A DNA stretch of 64,000 bases from Hellea sp. (GTDB lineage: Bacteria > Pseudomonadota > Alphaproteobacteria > Caulobacterales > Maricaulaceae): the NCBI GenBank assembly GCA_020629545.1, contig JAHDDC010000005.1, positions 3,661-67,660 of the forward strand. Direction: 5' to 3'. The notes under the pieces were generated by a model, which saw only the letters and a list, made by a program, of their open reading frames with translations, searched no databases and was not told the origin of the DNA. The position numbers were made by a program, and so were the translations under genes. Below are positions 54,626 through 62,806 of the stretch, in pieces; positions within the stretch are counted from its first letter, which is position 1; each line of letters begins with the position of its first letter.

Positions 54626-56020
54626 TTAGTCTCCTAACTTCGCCCTCACCTCACGTAATTTGTAATCCAACCAGTAGATCTCATAGGCATTTTGCGTCGT
54701 GTTTTCAGCGTTGGACTTGAGCATCTCAAGCGCGGCTTCGTGTAAGATAAGCGCCTCTTCAATTGATGTATCCCCAATCACGTCCAAAAGGTGAAGCGCC
54801 TCTAGAGGTTTGCCCCCGTCCATATAGCTTCTTGCACGGCCAATCAGGGCATCGACTCCGGCCAACTCTAATAAATCGGCATTCACGGATTCGCGGGAAA
54901 CATGATAAAGCTCTGTAGTTTTATCAAAGTGAAACCAAGTCATATAATATTCCCAAATAGATTTTACCGCCCAGGAAACCTTGCCATGTTCTTGGGTCAG
55001 GCTAAGCTCTGCTGGGAGCTGTATCTCCACCATCAAATCTTCGACGGATTTGCCCCCATTCATTCCCGCAATAACTGCATCATGGACATATTTCGTAGCT
55101 CCATGCATTCGTCGAAGACCATCGTCGATGGCTGCCTTTTCTGTAACTGGATTCCGGTGGGACGGAACAATCATTACTGGATCAAGTTCCATAATTTTCT
55201 CAAGGGACTGGATATATTCATGAGGTTTACGCACTTTTTCGCCGCGCATTGTAAAAACGTTCGGAAATTGGGGAAACAGAGGACCGAAAAAATCTCCGGC
55301 AAACAAAATCTTTTTCTTTGGCAACCATAATACAACATTGTCCGCGCCCTCTGCTCCTGGCAGCGCGTGAACCTCAAAATCTATTCCGCCTTGCGTGAAT
55401 TTATACGGCGTTCCATTCCGGACTTTGATAGTAGGCTCGATGCCACCATAAGCAAGTAATCCGATTTTGGGCGGCGTTTCCGGCATAAACGGAAACAGAG
55501 TCCGGTTCCGTCCCCATTGATACTCTTGTAGATCAGATAAATATCTTTGCTCTTCCTTGAATTCTTCATGAGCTACTATTTCAGTATTATCGTCTTGCCA
55601 GTATTTGGTCCCTCCAGCATGATCGGCATGAGAATGTGATAGAATGATATGGGTAAGTTTTTGTCCATCCAAGTGCGGCTCAAGAGCTTTGATTTGTTTG
55701 GGTACCTGCGTGACAAGTCCGGTATCAAACAGAACATTCCCCTCTGATGTTGTTATCAGGTGAGCATTTCCTACACCCGTTGCCTGGAATATGCCGGGCG
55801 CAATTTCTCTTGCCTCAATGGGAATATTGATAAATTCGGCCGCCACGGAACCTTGTGTGCGTGGATCGGAAGACATACGTTTGACCGCCACATCACCGAT
55901 CTTATCAAGGGCCCTAATCTGTGCTGCCTTTTTAGTATTGGGTGATGCCCAAAGGACGCCGCCTATGATAAGTGCTATCAGTAAGAAAGTGAATAGGCCC
56001 CGCTTCAAAACTCTAATCAT
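54626..56020 (-). CDS. MBL-fold alkyl/aryl-sulfatase-like protein (SdsA1-type core plus dimerisation region, no SCP2 domain), exported
   Basis: It has an N-terminal anchor or signal and the metal motif HSHADHAGG. The C-terminal helical region resembles the alkylsulfatase dimerisation domain. It is 464 aa, and I recall SdsA1 as being about 650 aa. The ATG overlaps the sulfatase stop by 8 nt. Confidence 0.65.
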   Translation of the reverse strand: MIRVLKRGLFTFLLIALIIGGVLWASPNTKKAAQIRALDKIGDVAVKRMSSDPRTQGSVAAEFINIPIEAREIAPGIFQATGVGNAHLITTSEGNVLFDTGLVTQVPKQIKALEPHLDGQKLTHIILSHSHADHAGGTKYWQDDNTEIVAHEEFKEEQRYLSDLQEYQWGRNRTLFPFMPETPPKIGLLAYGGIEPTIKVRNGTPYKFTQGGIDFEVHALPGAEGADNVVLWLPKKKILFAGDFFGPLFPQFPNVFTMRGEKVRKPHEYIQSLEKIMELDPVMIVPSHRNPVTEKAAIDDGLRRMHGATKYVHDAVIAGMNGGKSVEDLMVEIQLPAELSLTQEHGKVSWAVKSIWEYYMTWFHFDKTTELYHVSRESVNADLLELAGVDALIGRARSYMDGGKPLEALHLLDVIGDTSIEEALILHEAALEMLKSNAENTTQNAYEIYWLDYKLREVRAKLGD

Positions 56021-57605
56021 AGGTTATCTTGCCTTTATTGCCGTGGCGCTTTTGAAGTATTTTGCCCCTCATACCGGATACATAGTTATCAAATCCGTCT
56101 TCTTGAAGTTCCTCCGCAGGTATCACGGATTGGGCGTAGTCCACCGGCGCGCGCCAACCCGGATGAGGTATCAGAGCAACCCGAACTCCATTGATTGGAT
56201 GCTGAGCCCTCCATTTAGTGATTTTTGCAGACATGCGTTCAACCTGCGCAGGATTTGCGTCTGCCAGATTGGTTTTTTCATATGGATCATTTTCAATATC
56301 AAAAAGAAAACTTTCGACCTCCGTGGACTGAGATTTGTGATCAATAATCTGAACAAGTTTCCATTTCTGCTCGAGAACGCTCAAATGATATTTGTTAAAT
56401 ATTGGAGAATTAGACGCAAAGTATAAGTCGCCATTTCGCGGCGAAACCTTTGATCCGGTAATTGCTGGCCATCGGTTCTCACCATCCATTTTTTTTACAT
56501 TTTGAGGCTCAATTTTTGTCGCCGCAGCCAAAGTCGGAAATATATCTAGCACCGAAACAACAGAGTCATTAGTTTCGCCACCTTGAATTTTTGCAGGCCA
56601 GCGCAAAATTCCGCCAACGCGCACGCCGCCCTCAAAGGTTTCAAGCTTACCGCCTCGCAATGGCCCATTGTCGGCTCCAAAGGCTTTTAGACCACCATTA
56701 TCAGAGAAGAACAATATGATGGTGTTTTCGGTTAAGCCGTTATGATCAAGGCTCGACAAAATCCTACCAATGGCTTGATCCATACTATCCACCATCGCAG
56801 CATAAGTACGTTTCTTAGTTGGTAGGTTTCGGCGGCTTGCATATTTACTTTCAAGCTCCTCCGGGGCCTGCATTGGTGAATGCGGCGCAAGAAACGGAAC
56901 ATAAAGAAAAAACGGTTTATTTGGATCGCGCAGTTCGTTGATATATTTTGCGGCTTCTTCACCGTGAATATCAGTTGCGTAACGACCTTCACGAATAATC
57001 GATTGACCATTTTCCTGTAGGTCATAGCCATTGGCCGATGTGAAATCGAAATAGTCAACTTGTGTATTCAAATGTCCAACAAAATGATCAAAGCCGCGCA
57101 TATTTGGCACAAGTGGCTCAGTGGTATGCCCTAAATGCCATTTCCCGATCATAGCGGTTTGATAGCCTGCGGCCTGAAATGATTGTGGCATGAAATGTTC
57201 TTCCGGAGATATACCTCCATTTTGCCAAGGCTGAAATCCCGCGTAAACAGACCCAAGTTTCATTGGATCTCGAGCTGTCATCAAGGCTGAACGTGTCGGG
57301 GTACATATTGGCATGACATAAAGACGATCCAGCGTTAGGCCCTCGGTCGCTAGTCGATCAATATTGGGGGTTTCTATGTCGCTGCCACGAAAACCAACAT
57401 CGCCCCAACCTAAATCGTCAGCGAGTAAAATAACGACATTGGGTAACTTATATCTCGGCTCTGACATTTGCGGAGATATAGATTTAGGGTCGCTCTGAAC
57501 GGACTGAGCAGGGCTTTCGGCATCGAATTGCCTGCTAGACGATTCCGAATTGCAGCTCGCAAGAAAAAGAACAGCGAGAAACAATATGCTAGTTCGGAAC
57601 ATCAT
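56013..57605 (-). CDS. Type I (formylglycine, Cys-type) sulfatase, lipoprotein
   Basis: It has the sulfatase signature CTPTRSALMTAR. I set the start to ATG 57605 (MMFRTSILFLAVLFLASC lipobox), 6 nt after GAGG. The ORF-track ATG at 57617 abuts a terminator T-tract. Confidence 0.85.
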   Translation of the reverse strand: MMFRTSILFLAVLFLASCNSESSSRQFDAESPAQSVQSDPKSISPQMSEPRYKLPNVVILLADDLGWGDVGFRGSDIETPNIDRLATEGLTLDRLYVMPICTPTRSALMTARDPMKLGSVYAGFQPWQNGGISPEEHFMPQSFQAAGYQTAMIGKWHLGHTTEPLVPNMRGFDHFVGHLNTQVDYFDFTSANGYDLQENGQSIIREGRYATDIHGEEAAKYINELRDPNKPFFLYVPFLAPHSPMQAPEELESKYASRRNLPTKKRTYAAMVDSMDQAIGRILSSLDHNGLTENTIILFFSDNGGLKAFGADNGPLRGGKLETFEGGVRVGGILRWPAKIQGGETNDSVVSVLDIFPTLAAATKIEPQNVKKMDGENRWPAITGSKVSPRNGDLYFASNSPIFNKYHLSVLEQKWKLVQIIDHKSQSTEVESFLFDIENDPYEKTNLADANPAQVERMSAKITKWRAQHPINGVRVALIPHPGWRAPVDYAQSVIPAEELQEDGFDNYVSGMRGKILQKRHGNKGKITYD

Positions 57606-57618
57606 GCCAAGCCTCATG

Positions 57619-57648
57619 AAAAAAAGATGCGCCTAAATGGGCGCATCT
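57619..57648 (-). terminator. Intrinsic terminator-like hairpin between TonB receptor and sulfatase genes
   Basis: The minus strand reads AGATGCGCC-CATTTA-GGCGCATCT followed by TTTTTT. That is a 9-bp GC-rich stem, a 6-nt loop and a T-tract. Confidence 0.7.
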
Positions 57649-57695
57649 GAACAATTAGATCCTGGGATCAGTGATTTAACCTTCCGGTCAATCAC

Positions 57696-60371
57696 CTAGA
57701 ATTTGTGACTAACATTAACACCAATTGAACGAGGCTGCCCGTAAACAACTGTTCGATAAGCAAATGTTTCAAACGGCAAGCTATCGATCAAATATTCCTC
57801 GTCTAACAAATTCGTTCCCCAGACAGATACAGTCACTGGCATGTCATAGGCGTCCAGACTGACTCCAACACGGCCGTTTACCAAGCCAAATGAAGGTAGA
57901 TACAAGTCGTTTTGAGGAATCGATAGAATCTCATCTTTGTAAGCATAAGTCAGATTGGCAAATACGTCTGAGTTCCCGAAGCTGCCATTATAGTCAGCAG
58001 CCACGGAGAACGAATTTTTAGGCGTGCCCTGCAACTCATCGCGAACTTCAATTTGTCCGGTTAGAGGGTTGGTCACATCACCGGCATCACCATCAACATA
58101 GCCATAAGACCCACGAAGTGTAATTTCGTCCGTCAATGCATATTGTGCATCGGCTTCAAATCCCCACATTTGCTCATCGGTATTAACGATCGCTCGTGAC
58201 GTGGCAATCAACGGATTAAGCGCGACAGTCGTTTGCTTATTTGTAAAATCATAATAAAAACCAGCGGCATTTAAGCGGAAATTTCCACCTAAATCAGCTT
58301 TAAAGCCAGCTTCATAAGCCGCGATGTCTTCACGCTCAAATAAGAAGTCAGCCCCGTAAGTTTCACCGGGCAATCTAAGACCGACGGCAGCGCTGTTAAA
58401 GCCGCCTGATCTAAAGGCTTCTTTATAAGACGCGTAAAGCAGGACGTCATCGTTCATATCATACTCTAAGGTGAACGCAGGATCGAGAATGCTTTCATCA
58501 TAGCTACCGATATTGGGAGCAATAGTATTCCCTGTTAGATCAATATTATCATTGAAGAAAGGTGACTTGGCTTGACCGAAGCCATCCTTACTTTCATCTG
58601 AGAACCGCATACCGGCCGTCAAGCGTAGATCATCAGAGATGCTGTAGGTTAGCTGGCCGTAAAAAGCGAGAGCTGTTGTATCAATTTCCAGCGTATTAGA
58701 CGCTGATTGACGGGCTGCCCCCAATGCAGACGAAAGCGTTGGAATACAGAAGTTATTGGCCGCACTTGGAGACAAAAAGTCTGCCCCCGCGCAGTTCGAA
58801 CCATCACCTACTAACTGTGTAATAAGAGGAAATGCTCCAAATGGGTTTACACTGCCGTCAGCAGGAAGAAATTGCCCGCCGAGAACGCCAAGTAATATTC
58901 CAGCCGCGGGAATTGGCCCTAAGGCTGAAGGTGGGAATGAAACCGGACCTCGTGGATCTTGGCCACTTGCGGCATCAAGACCTCCTATAAAGCCTGCGAC
59001 ATTGGGGGCTGTTACCCTCGGGTCGAACTGACCCAGGACAAACAAATAGTCATTGGCTTGAGTTAAGTTTGGTCTACCACGACCTGTACCTGTACTTTCA
59101 TCAAAGTAAAATGCCCCGCCAGTATATTCAACTCTTCCGTCATCGGTTGATCCATTAAACGTAAATTCAGCACTTAATTGCTTGTGACCATCGAGATTGG
59201 TAGAGCCGCCTGGAGGTGACAAAAACAACCCTCTTTCGGCTGGATCACCACTAAACGCTGAACTGTAATCAGCCCTCAAGGATTGGCCGGCAACCTGAAA
59301 AGCAAATGGTAAAGGTGCCAAAGCGCTATTAAAACCACCAACGATTTGGTTGATTGCGCCGGGGTTGGCCGTAGGTATTAGTGCAACTTGGCGACTACTA
59401 TCAGCTTCACGATAAGCCGCTGTAAATTTCGCGTCATCAAAGAACCCGTTGCTGTTTGAATTATAATTCAGCGTCGCCGACAGACCTTTTGTCTTGAGAT
59501 CACCAGGTTCAGCAGTGAAGGAAGTCGCTACATCTTCCTGACGCCCCTCAAAGGTTTGTATCGCCGGAGCAAATAGACCTGCTCCGAAACCTGTTATGGA
59601 CTGATAGAAAAGTGGTTCCTTCTTTGTATTGTTCAAGTCTCCGGCCAAAACCAAATCGAATTGATCGTCAAACTCCACGCCTAAAGAGGCGCGCACACCG
59701 AACTTTTCTTCCCCTGCAAAATCAGCACCTGGTCCGCTATTTTCGACCCAACCATCACGATCGGCCCAAAGCCCTGACACACGTGCCGCTACTTTATCTC
59801 CCATTGGAACATTAAAAGCTGCTGAAACTTTCTTGTGATTAAATGATCCGTATTCCGCAGAGGCTTTTCCTCCAAACTCGCCCATGACAGGTTTAGCTGA
59901 AATTAGGTTGACCGCCCCGCCAACCGAGTTACGTCCATATAGCGTGCCCTGCGGTCCTTTCAAAATTTCGACCCGTTCCAAATCCGGCATATCAATTGCC
60001 AGACCTTGGGTTCGTCCCTGATATACCCCATCTTGATAGATTGCGATCCGGCTGTCCTGTCCGATTTGAGGGTCAAACGTGCCTACGCCGCGAATGCTGA
60101 TCCGAACACCATTTGGATCAGCCGGGTTTTGAGTCACATACACACCGGGCGTGATCACAGCGATATCTTCCAGCCCCTCAATCCGGTTTGTTTCCAGTGC
60201 CTCAATATCAAAAGCTTGAATCGCTATCGGTACGTCCTGGATGCTTTCAGTCTTTTTCTGAGCCGTAACGATTATTTCATCGAGTTGAGCATAGGCCGGA
60301 GCACTGAAAGCTAACAAGGACGTTGAAACGGCCAAACTGACGAATGCCTTTTTTGAGACGGAATGGAACAT
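57696..60371 (-). CDS. TonB-dependent outer-membrane receptor
   Basis: It has a signal peptide ending APAYA-Q, a plug region (DEIIVTA, GRNSVGGAVNLIS), a long beta-barrel and a terminal Phe. I set the start to ATG 60371, preceded by GGAG. Confidence 0.9.
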   Translation of the reverse strand: MFHSVSKKAFVSLAVSTSLLAFSAPAYAQLDEIIVTAQKKTESIQDVPIAIQAFDIEALETNRIEGLEDIAVITPGVYVTQNPADPNGVRISIRGVGTFDPQIGQDSRIAIYQDGVYQGRTQGLAIDMPDLERVEILKGPQGTLYGRNSVGGAVNLISAKPVMGEFGGKASAEYGSFNHKKVSAAFNVPMGDKVAARVSGLWADRDGWVENSGPGADFAGEEKFGVRASLGVEFDDQFDLVLAGDLNNTKKEPLFYQSITGFGAGLFAPAIQTFEGRQEDVATSFTAEPGDLKTKGLSATLNYNSNSNGFFDDAKFTAAYREADSSRQVALIPTANPGAINQIVGGFNSALAPLPFAFQVAGQSLRADYSSAFSGDPAERGLFLSPPGGSTNLDGHKQLSAEFTFNGSTDDGRVEYTGGAFYFDESTGTGRGRPNLTQANDYLFVLGQFDPRVTAPNVAGFIGGLDAASGQDPRGPVSFPPSALGPIPAAGILLGVLGGQFLPADGSVNPFGAFPLITQLVGDGSNCAGADFLSPSAANNFCIPTLSSALGAARQSASNTLEIDTTALAFYGQLTYSISDDLRLTAGMRFSDESKDGFGQAKSPFFNDNIDLTGNTIAPNIGSYDESILDPAFTLEYDMNDDVLLYASYKEAFRSGGFNSAAVGLRLPGETYGADFLFEREDIAAYEAGFKADLGGNFRLNAAGFYYDFTNKQTTVALNPLIATSRAIVNTDEQMWGFEADAQYALTDEITLRGSYGYVDGDAGDVTNPLTGQIEVRDELQGTPKNSFSVAADYNGSFGNSDVFANLTYAYKDEILSIPQNDLYLPSFGLVNGRVGVSLDAYDMPVTVSVWGTNLLDEEYLIDSLPFETFAYRTVVYGQPRSIGVNVSHKF

Positions 60372-60513
60372 GGTAATCTCCCCTTTATATTCCACGAGTA
60401 GGTATTATTAAGTAAGCTCTAGGGCATTTCGACACACCGCGCAACTTCAACCTCGCAGAATTAAAGCCGAATACTGCGCGTTTTGATCATTTTCGTTAGA
60501 AATTTGCTCATTT

Positions 60514-60543
60514 TGCGTAGCAATGTTGCATTTTTGTTACGCA
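60514..60543. promoter_or_regulatory. TGCGTA-N18-TACGCA inverted repeat (site E), TonB-receptor/SnoaL divergent region
   Basis: The sequence is TGCGTAgcaatgttgcatttttgtTACGCA. Confidence 0.7.
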
Positions 60544-60618
60544 CTTTTCCTTCCGAAGGTTGATTTTAAGAACAATTTCACTATCAGAAATTCTTCATCG
60601 ATAAAAATGAAGGTTAAT

Positions 60619-61086
60619 ATGTCACTAGAATCACGCATCGCCAGACTAGAGGCCGAAAGTGATATCCGAAGACTAAAAGCGCGATATCTTAATGCTTGCG
60701 ACAACAAAGATATCGAACGTATGCGGGCCTGCTTTACCGAAGATGCGATTATCGACTTCCCGCCTTTGGGTGAATTTGATGTAGATGGCCTTGTCGAAAT
60801 CTTCACTCAAATGGCAGCAATGACGTCCATTATCGATAGTCATCACGGGAACAATCCAGAAATTACCATTACGGGAGAACAGGCTACAGCTGTCTGGAAC
60901 CTCGGATTCTCGACTTTTAACCCCGAAGATAATAGCTTCAGACTGCTCGCGGGATTTTATCACGATCGATATGAAAAAAGAAATGGTGAATGGCTGATCA
61001 GCTATACCCGTTCGGCCCCCAGAAAAATTTTCGACGGACAACTCAGCGATGCCGGCGCGATCGCGCATCTGGTTAGGAACGCATAA
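60619..61086 (+). CDS. NTF2/SnoaL_4-like protein
   Basis: The N-terminus LESRIARLEAESDIRRLKARYLNACD is typical of the family. I set the start to ATG 60619, preceded by AAGG. Confidence 0.7.
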   Translation: MSLESRIARLEAESDIRRLKARYLNACDNKDIERMRACFTEDAIIDFPPLGEFDVDGLVEIFTQMAAMTSIIDSHHGNNPEITITGEQATAVWNLGFSTFNPEDNSFRLLAGFYHDRYEKRNGEWLISYTRSAPRKIFDGQLSDAGAIAHLVRNA

Positions 61087-61096
61087 AGGAGAAGAT

Positions 61097-61858
61097 ATGA
61101 AATACGCTGTGGTTAGCGGAGGTGGTTCAGGGATTGGAGAGATCGTGCTTAAACGCCTTCAGAGCCAAGGCTACAATGTAATTTGCATCGATCTAAAGAA
61201 CGCCGACATAACAGCGGATCTATCAACGCCGGAAGGTCGCTCAATTGCGGTTTCAGAAACTCTCGAGGCTTGTGGTCATAAAATTGATAGACTTGTTCTT
61301 GCGGCTGGCCTGGGCGGACATCTGAAAGACGGAGCACTGGTTGCCCGCGTCAACTATTTTGGCGCTGTAGCTTTGCTGGATGGTTTCAAAAATGCTTTAG
61401 CAGAAACCCATGGCCGCTGCGTCGTTATCGGTTCAAATAGTTCGCAAATGCGCATCGATCCGAATAGTCCTATCGTTGATGCGCTTTTAGAGGGCGACGA
61501 AAATAAAGCCATGGGCGTGATTGGCGATGCACCCGCAACAGGTGTTTACGGAAATTCTAAACACGCCTTAACCCGGGCCGTGCGGCGCCGCGCAGCAGAA
61601 TGGGGGCATGCCGGGATATCGATCAATGTAATTGCGCCCGGACCAACACAGACAGCAATGCTACAAGGTGTTATCGATGATCCGGTCATTAGCAAAAGCC
61701 TGGACATGATCCCCATTCCGAAAAAACGCTTTGGTACTGCGGAGGAGATGGCAGACATTATAGAATTTTTGCTCTCTGACACAGCTGACTACATGCAAGG
61801 TAGCGTCATTTACGTTGATGGCGGAACCGATGCACAGTTACGTCCTGACGCATTTTAA
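61097..61858 (+). CDS. Short-chain dehydrogenase/reductase
   Basis: It has SGGGSGIGE and YGNSKHA. I set the start to ATG 61097, preceded by GGAG. Confidence 0.8.
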   Translation: MKYAVVSGGGSGIGEIVLKRLQSQGYNVICIDLKNADITADLSTPEGRSIAVSETLEACGHKIDRLVLAAGLGGHLKDGALVARVNYFGAVALLDGFKNALAETHGRCVVIGSNSSQMRIDPNSPIVDALLEGDENKAMGVIGDAPATGVYGNSKHALTRAVRRRAAEWGHAGISINVIAPGPTQTAMLQGVIDDPVISKSLDMIPIPKKRFGTAEEMADIIEFLLSDTADYMQGSVIYVDGGTDAQLRPDAF

Positions 61859-61859
61859 C

Positions 61860-61884
61860 ACTTTCCGAATGACATTCGGAAAGT
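61860..61884. promoter_or_regulatory. ACTTTCCGAATG-A-CATTCGGAAAGT perfect 25-bp palindrome between two SDR genes
   Basis: It has 12-bp arms and the same TTTCCGAA...TTCGGAAA core as 53291-53311. No T-tract follows. Confidence 0.6.
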
Positions 61885-61924
61885 CCGTGTCTATAACACT
61901 ACAAAACAGAATATGGGGAATATC

Positions 61925-62803
61925 ATGGGTGAACAGAAAGCTGCCTTCATAACCGGAGCCAATATGGGCATGGGCGCATTAAAAGCCAGGACACTTGCTG
62001 AGCGTGGTTGGAAGGTTTTTGCTGGTGTTTTGCCTTCTGCCCCGACAGATCTACTAGGCGTACACCCTAACCTTGTCCATGTCGACCAGGACGTGACCTC
62101 AGAGGAATCTGTTCAAGCAAGTGCTGAAAAGGTTCGATCAGAGCTTGACGGCGCCGGGCTTGACCTACTGATAAACAATGCTGGTATTGCCAATGTGGGC
62201 ATTGGTGTCATTGAAGGGGTTGATCTTGATCGTGCTAAATTCATGTTTGAAGTGAATACATGGGGGCCAATGAGGGTTCTCCAAGCATTTTTACCCATGA
62301 TTAGGCAAAACGCACCGCATTCACGGATTATCAATTTTGCATCAGGTGCCGTTAAAGCCAATCCCGCAGCATCCGGAATTTATAATATGTCAAAACACGC
62401 CGTTATCGGTATTACGAATACTCTGCGCAATGAGCTTGCACCTTTTGGCATACAGGTCACATCTGTTGAGCCCGGAGCCGTTAAAACAAACATGACGGCA
62501 AACTCGGCTGACACGACACAAAATATTTGGAAAGAAGTCTCGCAGGAAATGAATGACATTTACGGACCGTTTCTCAAAGAAGCAACAACAACCGTAATGG
62601 TCGACACTCTCGAGAATAAAGCCAACGATCCTCAGGATGTTGCAAATCAGGTTTTAGGTCTACTGGAAATAAAAACCTGGAAACCGTCATATATGGTCGG
62701 GAAAGACGTAAAAGCCTTGGGCCCGATGCATAAAATATTGCCCTCAAGAACTTTTGAAAAAATCTTACAAAAAGCCGTCAAAATCCCGCGCTACAAAGGA
62801 TAA
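61925..62803 (+). CDS. Short-chain dehydrogenase/reductase
   Basis: It has TGANMGMG and YNMSKHA. The start is ATG 61925, or ATG 61913 as in the ORF track. Confidence 0.8.
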   Translation: MGEQKAAFITGANMGMGALKARTLAERGWKVFAGVLPSAPTDLLGVHPNLVHVDQDVTSEESVQASAEKVRSELDGAGLDLLINNAGIANVGIGVIEGVDLDRAKFMFEVNTWGPMRVLQAFLPMIRQNAPHSRIINFASGAVKANPAASGIYNMSKHAVIGITNTLRNELAPFGIQVTSVEPGAVKTNMTANSADTTQNIWKEVSQEMNDIYGPFLKEATTTVMVDTLENKANDPQDVANQVLGLLEIKTWKPSYMVGKDVKALGPMHKILPSRTFEKILQKAVKIPRYKG

Positions 62804-62806
62804 AAC

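Noticed and set aside
60372-60513. The roughly 140-nt leader upstream of the TonB-dependent receptor could be a riboswitch (cobalamin or TPP type).
   Set aside because: I could not recognise any conserved riboswitch core, such as a B12 box or a TPP CUGAGA element. The region is AT-rich and instead carries the N18 operator further upstream.
61860-61884. The 25-bp perfect palindrome could be read as a rho-independent terminator after the SDR gene.
   Set aside because: No T-tract follows it, and a single-nucleotide loop is sterically impossible. The same TTTCCGAA...TTCGGAAA core recurs at two divergent promoter regions, so a protein-binding operator is the better explanation.
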